A DNA stretch of 64,000 bases from Pedobacter sp. (GTDB lineage: Bacteria > Desulfobacterota > Desulfuromonadia > Desulfuromonadales > Syntrophotaleaceae): NCBI GenBank assembly GCA_050253415.1, contig JBFWJC010000001.1, positions 448,001-512,000 of the forward strand, written 5' to 3'. Position numbers and translations under genes: made by a program. Below, one piece after another: positions 40,343 through 49,861 of the stretch. The notes beneath the pieces are model-generated. The model was not told where the DNA came from and did no database searches. It was given only the letters and a program-made list of their open reading frames with translations. Every line of letters begins with the position of its first letter. Positions within the stretch are counted from its first letter, which is position 1.

Positions 40343-41563
40343 TCATTCACTCCGCAACACGTCGAGGATTTCAACTTGCGCAGCCTGCCAGGCCGGATAG
40401 GCCCCGGCTGTCAGTCCCAGCAAGGCCGAACCGGCCAACGCCATCAGCACCAGCCAAGGCTCAAACACCATCGGCATCTGCCCGATGCGGCAGACCACCG
40501 CCACCAGTCCCAGGGCGCTTACCACCCCCAGCAATCCACCCATTCCTGCCATCATGGCCGACTCCAGGAGAAACTGACGCACGATATCGCGCCGCCTGGC
40601 CCCCACTGCGCGCCGTACGCCGATTTCCAATCGCCGGGACCGCACCAGCAATATCATGATCGACAGGATTCCCAATCCGCCTACGGCAAAAGACACCGAA
40701 GAACTGATCAGGCCCAGAGTGCCGACCAGGTTCAGGGCCTGTTCCTGTACCTCCATGGTATCTTTGGCGGTCAGAACCGAGAAGTCGTCTTCTTCACCCG
40801 CATCGATACGATGTCGCTGTCGCAGAATCGCGTTGGCAGTGTCCTTGGCTGCCTCGACATCGGCTTCGTTGCCAAGTTGCAGGTAAACACCGGTTATCCA
40901 GTCCTGGTTGGCCATGCGTCGCAGGTAGGTCGACATCGGTACGAAGACCTGTTCATCCTGATCGGCTCCGGCGATATCCGCGCCCTTGACCTCCATCACC
41001 CCCACCACGCGCAGGGCGGTACGGTAAAAATAGACGTGCTGACCCAGTGCCGCTTCGGATCGTCCGAACAACCGTTCGGCGATCTTCGCACCCAATACAC
41101 AAACTTTGGCTCTTCGATGCTCATCGTCGGTTGAGATAAAACGTCCGAACTCCGGTGCGGCATTGCGCACCGCAGGATACTTTGGTCCGGTTGCCACCAG
41201 TTGGCAGTTGATTTTGATATTGCCGGCGCGTATCGGCATGGTGGTACTGACAAACGGCGCCGCCAGGCGTACCGCCGGAAGAGCCTGGCTCAGAACCCGG
41301 GCGTCCTGCAACGTGAAGTTGGTCGCTTCGTGTCGTACTATGCCTCCGCGTCCGGGGCGAAACGCCAGACGGCCGGTGCGAGCCATGAACAGGTTGCTGC
41401 CGAGTTTGGCGGTTTCCTGCTCGGCTTTGAGCAGCATGGCGCGGGAGATATGCTGCACCCCGGTCAGGGCCATGGCACCGAGCAGAACACCGAGCATGGC
41501 CAGCAAGGTGCGCATCCGGTGAGCCTGTAAAGAAGCCAGGGCTATTTTGATACTGAACAGCAT
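40343..41563 (-). CDS. MacB/FtsX-like ABC transporter permease
   Basis: RTLLAMLGV, periplasmic domain, EIGVRRAVGA. Confidence 0.88.
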   Translation of the reverse strand: MLFSIKIALASLQAHRMRTLLAMLGVLLGAMALTGVQHISRAMLLKAEQETAKLGSNLFMARTGRLAFRPGRGGIVRHEATNFTLQDARVLSQALPAVRLAAPFVSTTMPIRAGNIKINCQLVATGPKYPAVRNAAPEFGRFISTDDEHRRAKVCVLGAKIAERLFGRSEAALGQHVYFYRTALRVVGVMEVKGADIAGADQDEQVFVPMSTYLRRMANQDWITGVYLQLGNEADVEAAKDTANAILRQRHRIDAGEEDDFSVLTAKDTMEVQEQALNLVGTLGLISSSVSFAVGGLGILSIMILLVRSRRLEIGVRRAVGARRRDIVRQFLLESAMMAGMGGLLGVVSALGLVAVVCRIGQMPMVFEPWLVLMALAGSALLGLTAGAYPAWQAAQVEILDVLRSE

Positions 41564-41591
41564 GGGCGATACTCCGCAATAACCTTGAAAA

Positions 41592-42842
41592 TCAATTGCC
41601 CTTAAGCGCCTCGATAGGCGTCATGGAGGCCGCGCGGCGGGCCGGTTTGAGACCGAAAATCAGGCCGATGGCGAGGGAGGTGATCAGAGCGAAGCCAAAC
41701 ACTTTCCATGAAAAGAGGATTTCCAGCACCTCGAGGCGTTCCAGCAGTTGCCCCATGGCCATGCCGAGGAACATGCCGAGGATGGCACCGATCAGGGTCA
41801 GCCCCACCGCTTCCAGCAGAATCTGCACCAGAATCGCCCATCGCGGTGCACCGAGCGCCATTTTCAAGCCGATTTCCGAACGTCGTTCATCGACCCCCAG
41901 ATAAAACAGATTGGCCAGTACAAAGCCTCCCACCACCATCGCCACCAGGGCGGTTACGCCGAGGAACAGGATCAGCCCTCCCTTGAAGGTCGACAGAAAT
42001 TGCAGGATCTCGTCTGCCGTGAGGATGGTGAAATCATCGTCCTCTTCGGGGCGCAGGTTGTGCAGATGACGAAGCAGGCTGCGCAGGTTTTCCACATGCG
42101 CCGGCATATATTCCGGATCATGAAACTTGACCCGCAGGGCGCGAAAATATTTGCGGTCCAGATGAAAGCGTTTGGTCAAGGTGGTGATCGGCATGATAAT
42201 CCGATCGTCGACCGCACCGCCGCCGCCCGTCACGCCGCGGTAGCTGAGCCGTCCGACAATCTGTACCGGAAAACGATCCATCAGCACCGTGCGGCCGATG
42301 GGCGACTGCTTACCGAATAACTCCTGGGCGATGGTATCGCCGATCAGACCGACCCTTGCGCTGTGGGTAAGGTCGTCCTCCGACAGGTCCCGTCCTTCGC
42401 TCAGCGGCCAATCCCAGGCCCGCGCGTAGCCGGCCGTGGTCCCGACCACCAGCGGCACCTGCGTCACGTGCCCGGCATAGCGTACCTGCACATTCGATTT
42501 GGCCCGCATCGGCACCACCAGATAAGCTCCCGGTAGCGAACGACGCAACGCGGCCGCATCTTCATAAGATAAGGTAAGGGTACGCTGGCCCACGGCCCGG
42601 CTTTCGATATTGCCGCCCAGCACCAGCGCCGCATCGGGTCCGAATAGCGCTACCATTTCATTGGCCTTGCGTTCGGCGCCATCCACCGCCGCGACGATGA
42701 TGGTCAGCGAGGCGATTCCCAGCGCCACCCCCGCCACCACGAACAGGCTGCGGGTTTTAGCAGCCCACAGCGCGTGACGCGCCATGCCGGCACAGCGCCA
42801 GGCAATGAGCCCAATTTCAGCGATCCTGGACCAGGCCGTCAT
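41592..42842 (-). CDS. MacB/FtsX-like ABC transporter permease (start uncertain)
   Basis: ERRSEIGLKMALGA, PARRAASMTPIEAL. Confidence 0.85.
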   Translation of the reverse strand: MTAWSRIAEIGLIAWRCAGMARHALWAAKTRSLFVVAGVALGIASLTIIVAAVDGAERKANEMVALFGPDAALVLGGNIESRAVGQRTLTLSYEDAAALRRSLPGAYLVVPMRAKSNVQVRYAGHVTQVPLVVGTTAGYARAWDWPLSEGRDLSEDDLTHSARVGLIGDTIAQELFGKQSPIGRTVLMDRFPVQIVGRLSYRGVTGGGGAVDDRIIMPITTLTKRFHLDRKYFRALRVKFHDPEYMPAHVENLRSLLRHLHNLRPEEDDDFTILTADEILQFLSTFKGGLILFLGVTALVAMVVGGFVLANLFYLGVDERRSEIGLKMALGAPRWAILVQILLEAVGLTLIGAILGMFLGMAMGQLLERLEVLEILFSWKVFGFALITSLAIGLIFGLKPARRAASMTPIEALKGN

Positions 42843-43500
42843 GCAGCAATACCTCCCGCTCGGCAAAATCGGCCGTGGCGGCGTCGTGAGTAACGAGAAT
42901 GACCGTGCGTCCCTGGCCGTGAATACTCTGCAGCAAGGCCATGATTTCCGCGCTGGTAGCCGAATCGAGCTGTCCGGTCGGTTCGTCGGCCAGCAACACC
43001 TGGGGGTCGTTGAGCAGGGCCCGGGCCATGGCCACCCTTTGCTGCTGACCGCCGGACAGTTGTCCGGGGCGAAAATGAAAACGATCCGCCAGCCCTACCT
43101 GGGTCAGCAACTCCTCTGCGCGGTGTTTCAGCTGTCGCGCCGGGGTGGCGCCGTACAGGCCGGGCAACATGACGTTCTCCAAGGCGGAGATGTAGGGGAT
43201 CAGGTAGAAAGTCTGAAAGATAAAGCCGAACAGCTGGTTGCGCAGCGCACTGAGGCGATCATCGGGTAAATTGGCAACATCGTCTCCCTGCAACAGGTAA
43301 CGGCCACCGGTGGGGCGATCGAGTAAACCGAGGATGTGCATCAGGGTCGATTTGCCTGAGCCGGAGGCGCCTCGCAGCGCCACGAACTCTCCCTGACCGA
43401 TGTCGATACTGACCCCCTTGAGTACCTCGATAGTCAGATCCCCGAGCAGAAAGGTCTTTTCGATATTCTGCAACTGGATAATCGGCTGGCTGCCACTCAT
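42817..43500 (-). CDS. ABC transporter ATP-binding protein (LolD/MacB-like)
   Basis: GASGSGKST, LSGGQQQR, ADEPTG. Confidence 0.92.
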   Translation of the reverse strand: MSGSQPIIQLQNIEKTFLLGDLTIEVLKGVSIDIGQGEFVALRGASGSGKSTLMHILGLLDRPTGGRYLLQGDDVANLPDDRLSALRNQLFGFIFQTFYLIPYISALENVMLPGLYGATPARQLKHRAEELLTQVGLADRFHFRPGQLSGGQQQRVAMARALLNDPQVLLADEPTGQLDSATSAEIMALLQSIHGQGRTVILVTHDAATADFAEREVLLHDGLVQDR

Positions 43501-44741
43501 GGTTTGGACTTTCGATTATTGCCTTTGCCTTTGTCGCCGAGTACCACCTGGGTCGCCACCGTGTCCCCTTGTTTCAAGCCTTCCACGATTTCGCTTTCCA
43601 GCAGCCCGGTAAGTCCCAGCTTCGGCAAAACCTCCCGCACCTGTCCTTCGGTTTTCACCAGATACACCACCTGGCGTCCGTCGACCCACTTCAGGGCGGC
43701 ATTGGGCAGACGCAACACGTTGTCCTTTTCAGCGACCACTATCTGCACCTGGGTGGTCATTTCCGGCCGTAGCCAGGCGGCCTCCGCTTTGGGGATCGCG
43801 ACCAGTGCCTTGTAATAAACGATGTTTTCACGGATTTCAGGTTCGGGGTAGACCGTCTGAATGGTACCGCGGAACACTTTGTCCGGGTACGCATCGACGC
43901 GAAATTCGGCCAGTTGTCCGGTCCGCACCTGGCCGATGTCCGTCTCGTCGACATAAATCCACATTTCCAGCCGTGAGGTGTCGAGCACCGTGATCAGGTT
44001 GGCGACCTGCAGACCGGCGACGATGGTTTCACCCTCCTGGGCGGTCACCTGGCTCACCACGCCGTCGATGGGGCTGTGAATGCTGGTGTAGGAAAGACGC
44101 ACGCGCAAGGCGTCCAGATTGGCTCTGGTTGCTTGCACCGCCAGTTCCGCCTGGCGCAGGTTTTCCTCGAATTCGCGTTGCTGGCGTTGCAATGCGGCTT
44201 GACGGGAGTTCTGACGTCGCGTCTCGACTTCAGCCTGTTGCAGGGCGTTTTCCAGCTCATCCTGAGACACCACCCCTTCCTTCGCCAGAGTCTTGATCCG
44301 CTGGGCGTTGCTGCGCAGATAATCGGCCTGGGCGCGGGTCAGGTCCAGCTCGGCCCGTGCTTCCTCGATGAGCAGGGGATCGACCCTTCGCACCCGTTGC
44401 AGGGCCGCTTCCTCGGTGAGCAGCTTGGCACGCGCTTCGGCAACCTGGGACTGGATCTCGCGGCTGTCGATGCGTGCCACCAACTGCCCCTGTTTCACCA
44501 CATCTCCGACCTGCACCAGCATCTTATCGATGGTGCCGGTGGCCCTGGCGCCGATTTTGACGATGGCACCGACCTGAGACTTGACGATGCCGGTCTGTTC
44601 CAGTACCTGGCGCACACTGCCCCGATCTACCTGGGCTGTCTCCAGAACCTGTACCGGAGTTTTGCTGTGCCGTGTTTGCCAGAAGATCAAACCGGCCAGC
44701 AGTATCGCGCCGAGCAGCGCGAGAAGTAAAAATTTTTTCAT
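43497..44741 (-). CDS. Efflux periplasmic adaptor subunit (MacA-like)
   Basis: N-terminal anchor, lipoyl halves flanking a coiled coil, SPIDGVV, VDETDIG. Confidence 0.9.
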   Translation of the reverse strand: MKKFLLLALLGAILLAGLIFWQTRHSKTPVQVLETAQVDRGSVRQVLEQTGIVKSQVGAIVKIGARATGTIDKMLVQVGDVVKQGQLVARIDSREIQSQVAEARAKLLTEEAALQRVRRVDPLLIEEARAELDLTRAQADYLRSNAQRIKTLAKEGVVSQDELENALQQAEVETRRQNSRQAALQRQQREFEENLRQAELAVQATRANLDALRVRLSYTSIHSPIDGVVSQVTAQEGETIVAGLQVANLITVLDTSRLEMWIYVDETDIGQVRTGQLAEFRVDAYPDKVFRGTIQTVYPEPEIRENIVYYKALVAIPKAEAAWLRPEMTTQVQIVVAEKDNVLRLPNAALKWVDGRQVVYLVKTEGQVREVLPKLGLTGLLESEIVEGLKQGDTVATQVVLGDKGKGNNRKSKP

Positions 44742-44970
44742 CGAAAATCCCTTCCTGTAGCCAAAGCCTGAACCGCTAAAGGCACCCGTATTTTCAATAG
44801 GATAACGTAGCTCAACCGCCCTTGTGAAGTGCCGGGGAGGCGGGCTTTTGTTTGCTTTTTGCGGCCAGTTATGTTAGCAAACCCGCAGCGAGTATTTATT
44901 TCAGGCTGTTTGCAGCCATGCTGTCCGTCGCCGCATTGCACCGGGCAGGCTAACAAAGGAGACTCTTTTC

Positions 44971-46503
44971 ATGTCATGCCGCTGGATTATGATTCTGGCC
45001 CTGTTGTTTTTGTGGGCCGTGCCGGTCGCTGCCGCACCGAGTCCCGCAGTGCCGTTGGACAGCTGGGTGTATCCGGCTCTCGACAAACTGACGGGGCTGG
45101 GCCTTATATCCTCATCTCTGCAGGGCGATCGCCCCTTCTCCCGAGCTGAAGCGGCTCGTCAGACCATCGAAGCCGTGGAATCCGGTCAGGATCATATCGT
45201 GCCATCGATCGGCCAGGAACTGGTCGCACGGCTCAAAAAGGAATTCCGCCAGGAAATCCGTGAGCTGCACGACGGCGCGGAACATGCCGAAAGCTATTTT
45301 AAACCGATCCGCGAAATGCGCTTCGACTACGTGTTCCGGGACGGCGCCGACAGTTATTACCCCGGCACCAACGCCCGCCAGTTTGCCCTGCTGACCAATC
45401 GCGACGGCCTTGACTACGGCGAAAACCACAACCTCGAGGTCTCCCTGTCCGGCGATGCACGCTGGGGGAAATGGTTACTGGTCGACTGGCGCCCGCTGCT
45501 GCGTGCCCAGGAAGACGGCAATACCGGCCTCCGCCTGCGCCAGGGCAATGTGACCCTGGGGCTCGGCCCGGTGGAACTTTCCGTCGGCCGCCAGTCCCTG
45601 TGGTGGGGGCAGGGTCGCAACGGCTCCCTGGTACTGACCAACAATGCCGACCCCCTCGACATGATCCGCCTGACCAACCCCACGCCGGTGGTCCTGCCGT
45701 GGATCTTCAAGTACCTGGGGGCGTTCCGTTTTGATCTGTTCACCGCGCGTCTCGACGACGATCGCGATGTGGCGGAGCCTTATTTCGGCGGCATGCGCAT
45801 CGGCCTCAAGCCGACCAGCTGGCTGGAACTTGGTCTATGCCGCACGGTCATGTTCGGCGGCGAGGGACGTCCCGGTGTCGGTTTCGACGATTTCCTGACC
45901 ATCATCGGCGGCGAGAACCTCAGCGGCGCTGAGGATACCAGTAATTCGGTCGCCGCCATCGATGTGCGCATCAAACTGCCGTTTTTGTGGAACGCCGAAC
46001 TCTACGGTGAACTCGGCGGCGAGGATCAGGCCGATTTCGCCGGCTTTTTGCCGTTTTTTTCCAAAAAGGCCTACCTGGCCGGTCTCTATCTGCCGCAAAT
46101 CGAGCCGAGCGGGCGCCTGAGCCTGCGTCTGGAATACGCCGACACCGGCATGGATACCAATATCTGGTACCGTCATAGCCAGTACACCTCGGGATACACC
46201 TACCAGCAAAAGATCATGGGCCATGCCATGGGCGGTACCGCCCAGGATTATTTCGCAGAGCTTGAAGCCTACTTCCCTCTGGGACTGCGCATGGCTTTCA
46301 GTCTCGACCACCAACAGCGCTCCATCGGCGGCTCCGTGTCGGAAAAGCATTATCAGCCGGGTGTGGCTGTAACATGGCACTGCTCGCCGCAACTTACTTT
46401 ACGATTCGATTATGCCTTTGACCGGGTGGAAAACTTCGCCTATCAGAGTGGCGAAACCCGCAACCTGCATATGGCCAACGCCGGAGTCAACTGGAACTGG
46501 TAA
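44971..46503 (+). CDS. Capsule assembly Wzi family outer-membrane protein
   Basis: Signal peptide, GRQSLWWGQG, LYGELGGED, C-terminal aromatic residue. Confidence 0.8.
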   Translation: MSCRWIMILALLFLWAVPVAAAPSPAVPLDSWVYPALDKLTGLGLISSSLQGDRPFSRAEAARQTIEAVESGQDHIVPSIGQELVARLKKEFRQEIRELHDGAEHAESYFKPIREMRFDYVFRDGADSYYPGTNARQFALLTNRDGLDYGENHNLEVSLSGDARWGKWLLVDWRPLLRAQEDGNTGLRLRQGNVTLGLGPVELSVGRQSLWWGQGRNGSLVLTNNADPLDMIRLTNPTPVVLPWIFKYLGAFRFDLFTARLDDDRDVAEPYFGGMRIGLKPTSWLELGLCRTVMFGGEGRPGVGFDDFLTIIGGENLSGAEDTSNSVAAIDVRIKLPFLWNAELYGELGGEDQADFAGFLPFFSKKAYLAGLYLPQIEPSGRLSLRLEYADTGMDTNIWYRHSQYTSGYTYQQKIMGHAMGGTAQDYFAELEAYFPLGLRMAFSLDHQQRSIGGSVSEKHYQPGVAVTWHCSPQLTLRFDYAFDRVENFAYQSGETRNLHMANAGVNWNW

Positions 46504-46554
46504 CGATAACCGGCAGGCCCCTTCGGGAAACCAATTTTGAATAGACGTTCCGCG

Positions 46555-46588
46555 AGCCTCAGGGGTTTACCTCTGGGGCTTTTTTTTC
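46555..46588 (+). terminator. Intrinsic terminator
   Basis: AGCCTCAGGGG / CCTCTGGGGCT followed by a T-tract. Confidence 0.75.
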
Positions 46589-46605
46589 GGGATAGGCAGG
46601 TTTTT

Positions 46606-47781
46606 TTAAAAAGGTTCGTCGCCGCCAGGGGGACGTTCCCGATCGCTGAACCATCCCAGAAAAGCCTGCGCCTTGCCCCAGAACCATTCTTTCAGGCGCT
46701 TATGCCATGAGCGCACCAGCCAGTCCTCCAGCCGGATTTCGATGCTACGGGCAAAATCGCTTTCCAGCAACATCGCCGCCTGCTCGCTGATCTCCGCATC
46801 CTGCACTTCCTGGTTGGCCTCCAGGTTCCAGCGGTAATTCCAGGCGTCCGCGTTACTGGAGCCAAGACTCAACCAGTCATCGCACAAAAACAGTTTGTAG
46901 TGGGTAAAACGCGGCTGGTACTCGAAGATTCGCACGCCGGCCTTCAGCAAACGATGGTAGTAGCGTCGACCCATGTACATGACCGCCGGATGGTCGCTCC
47001 AGGCGCCCGGCAGCAGCAGGCGCACATCCTTGCCGCTACGCGCGCTGCGCCGCAGGCTTTGGCGCAACTTCCAGGATGGCACAAAATAGGCGGTCGCCAA
47101 CCATACTCTGCGGCGTGCGCTCCTGGTTTGACGGACGTAGGAGCGCATGATTTCGGACCGCCCCCTGATCCCCCTCTGCACGGTAACCCGGCCACGCCCG
47201 CTGTCACATTGGGGCCAGGCGCCACCGGGGACCTCGGACAGCGCGCTATCCGCCCAGCGATTCCACAGCTTGGCGAAAAGCGCCTGCCAGTCGGCCAGAC
47301 AGGGGCCGCGCACCTCAAGCATGGCTTCGTGCCACCACCTGTCTTGCTCGACACGCGGATCGAAAGCATCGGTCAATCCTGCGCCACCGATAAAGGCCAC
47401 ATCTCCATCCACGAGCAGCAGTTTGCGATGATCGCGCAGCAGGTTGGTGCGCCACCGGAAAAACTTGAGGGGATTGTAAAAGGTCAACTCCACGCCGGCA
47501 TCGACAAGGCGCTTTCGGTCGCTGCGTCGCAATCCCAATGCGCCGTAATCATCCAACAGCACGCAAACCCTGACCCCCCGGGCAGCGGCCGCGCACAGCT
47601 GCGTGAAGAAACGGTTGACCACCTGTCCCGATTCGCACAGGTACATCTCCAACAGCACATAGCGGCGCGCCGCGGCGATGCTGGCTTCCATGGCCGGGAA
47701 AAAACGATCCCCATCCACCAGCAGCCGAAAATGATTTCCTTTGCGCCAGGGAAACCGGTATTTGCCATTGGAGGTTTTCAT
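46606..47781 (-). CDS. Phospholipase D family cardiolipin synthase (ClsB-like)
   Basis: Two HKD motifs (HRKLLLVD, HYKLFLCD), TAYFVP. Confidence 0.85.
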   Translation of the reverse strand: MKTSNGKYRFPWRKGNHFRLLVDGDRFFPAMEASIAAARRYVLLEMYLCESGQVVNRFFTQLCAAAARGVRVCVLLDDYGALGLRRSDRKRLVDAGVELTFYNPLKFFRWRTNLLRDHRKLLLVDGDVAFIGGAGLTDAFDPRVEQDRWWHEAMLEVRGPCLADWQALFAKLWNRWADSALSEVPGGAWPQCDSGRGRVTVQRGIRGRSEIMRSYVRQTRSARRRVWLATAYFVPSWKLRQSLRRSARSGKDVRLLLPGAWSDHPAVMYMGRRYYHRLLKAGVRIFEYQPRFTHYKLFLCDDWLSLGSSNADAWNYRWNLEANQEVQDAEISEQAAMLLESDFARSIEIRLEDWLVRSWHKRLKEWFWGKAQAFLGWFSDRERPPGGDEPF

Positions 47782-47921
47782 CACTGCCCTTTTAGCCAAA
47801 AATACGCGATAGCCTGATGGTCCTTGCGGTTTACCCACAGGTGGCTTCACCGGGACATTAAAAGCAATTTCGAACGCTGATAATTTTTATAAAAGCTGGT
47901 ATGAACCTCAAAACACCCATG

Positions 47922-48004
47922 ACAGGGATGAGCAGGATAGGCAGGATAAATACCTTTAAAAGGAAGGGGCGACTCTAATCCTGAATATCCTGTGTATCCT
48001 TGTT
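47922..48004. repeat. Inverted-repeat element with 9-bp periodic (CAGGAT) arms, copy A
   Basis: ACAGGGATG AGCAGGATA GGCAGGATA ... TAATCCTGA ATATCCTGT GTATCCTTG. Confidence 0.7.
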
Positions 48005-48150
48005 AAATGCTTTTTTGTGCATAGTTTTTACGGATCATCCGTATGGTTTCATCTGCGTGCCTCCGCCTTTATCTGCGTTCGGCATTGGATTTTGAATACG
48101 TCACCATGTTTTATTAAGCATACCCGATTAGTCGCTGCATGCAGGTCGGG

Positions 48151-49392
48151 CTACAGCATGCCGATTACCGCACCGGTCATGCAGGTCGCCAGGGTTCCGG
48201 CGACGATCGATTTCAACCCCAGGCTTACGATTTCGCCTCGGCGCTCGGGCGCCATGGTGCCCATGCCGCCGATCATGATCCCCAGCGAGCCGAAATTGGC
48301 AAACCCGCACAGCGCGTAAGCCAGGATCAGGCGGCTGCGTTCGGATAAAGCTGCGGCCGGCAACTGCGCCATGTCGAGATAAGCCAGCAACTCATTGAGG
48401 ATCACCTTGGTGCCGAGCAGGCCGCCGGCTGTTACCGCCTCGCTCCAGGGGACGCCGATCACCCAGGCTACAGGTGCCAGCAGCCAGCCGAGTATTCGCT
48501 GCAGGGTCAAGGCCTGCCCCTGTACCGCCGGCAGCAGGCTCAGCAGCTCATTGCCCAGATGCACCAGTGCCACCAGCACGATCAGCATGGCCAGGATATT
48601 CAGCCACAGCTTCAGCCCCTCGGAGGTGCCATGAGTGATGGCGTCCATGGCGCTGTCGGCCGATTCAAGCATAACCAGGTCGCCGTTGGTCGGCGGCCCG
48701 ACCGGGGGCACCATCAGTTGGGAGATGACTATTGCGGCCGGTGCGCTGATCAGCGAAGCGATGAGAATATGCCCGAGAGCATCGGGGATGACGTTTTGCA
48801 GAAAACCGGCGTAAAGCACCAGCATGGTGCCGGCAATGGTACTCATGCCGCAGGTCATGACGGTGAACAGTTCGCTGCGGCTGAGGGTTTTGAGATACGG
48901 GCGGATCAGCAGCGGCGCTTCCACCATGCCGACAAAGATATTGGCCGCCGCGCCGATCGCCACGGCGCCGCCAATGGGCAGTACCCGGCGCAGCAGACTC
49001 GACAGCCCCCGTACTACCAGCGGCAGCACCCGCCAGTAAAACAGCAGCGCGGACAGGGCGCTCATGACCAGCACCAGAGGCAGGGCGCGCAGCCCCAGGA
49101 TGAAGGAACTGCCGGGGGCGGTTTCCACAAACGGCAGCGGCGCGCCGCCCAAATAGCCGAACACCAATGCCGTGCCGGCGGCACTGGATCGGTCCAGGGC
49201 TAGGAACAGCTGATTGAGGGACAGGAAAAAACCGCGGCAGGCCGGCAGCTTGAGCAGCAATACCGCGAGCGCAATCTGCAACGATATGCCCACCATCAGA
49301 GTCTTGACCGGCAATCGGCGACGATTTTCACTGCACAACCAGGCGATTACAGTGAGAGCCAGTAAGCCGAGCAGACCGCGTACAACAAACAT
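48151..49392 (-). CDS. Concentrative nucleoside transporter (CNT/NupC family)
   Basis: ANIFVGMVEAPL, GMSTIAG, LNELLAY, LCGFANFGS. Confidence 0.93.
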   Translation of the reverse strand: MFVVRGLLGLLALTVIAWLCSENRRRLPVKTLMVGISLQIALAVLLLKLPACRGFFLSLNQLFLALDRSSAAGTALVFGYLGGAPLPFVETAPGSSFILGLRALPLVLVMSALSALLFYWRVLPLVVRGLSSLLRRVLPIGGAVAIGAAANIFVGMVEAPLLIRPYLKTLSRSELFTVMTCGMSTIAGTMLVLYAGFLQNVIPDALGHILIASLISAPAAIVISQLMVPPVGPPTNGDLVMLESADSAMDAITHGTSEGLKLWLNILAMLIVLVALVHLGNELLSLLPAVQGQALTLQRILGWLLAPVAWVIGVPWSEAVTAGGLLGTKVILNELLAYLDMAQLPAAALSERSRLILAYALCGFANFGSLGIMIGGMGTMAPERRGEIVSLGLKSIVAGTLATCMTGAVIGML

Positions 49393-49491
49393 GGAAAACC
49401 CTCCGTGAGACTGGTAACTTTGTGTGCCGTATTCAGTACAATCACCGGTAGACCCGGGAATTGAAGAAGGCCGTTAAGATCGGTTGAATCT

Positions 49492-49792
49492 TTTCACCAC
49501 CCGTTCACTTCGTTCACTGAAGGCACGAAATTCAAGAAGAAAATATCGTGTGAAGACAGATCGTTGTTGATAACGGCAGGTCTCATTTTATGAAAAATAT
49601 CAACCAACAGGGATATACAGGATACTCAGGATTAAAACCCAATCTGTGAAACTTGAATTTTTATCCTGAACATCTTGATTATCCCTGTTAATGCATGACT
49701 TGAAGGTCCCAGAAGAGATCCAAAAGGTCCACGGCAAAGAAGTGGCTGTTCTGTTGATTTTCTTCGTGCTCTTCGTGTCCTCTGTGGTGAAA
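49492..49792. repeat. Nested inverted-repeat elements (outer TTTCACCAC...GTGGTGAAA; inner CAGGAT-arm element at 49606-49689)
   Basis: Outer arms 49492-49544 and 49757-49792; inner arms AACAGGGATATACAGGATACTCAGGAT / ATCCTGAACATCTTGATTATCCCTGTT. Confidence 0.7.
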
Positions 49793-49861
49793 TATCCATG
49801 TTTGCCCTCCCGCAGAATGATTCAATGGGGATAGGCAAGCCTTATCTATTTTGTGCAGAAT

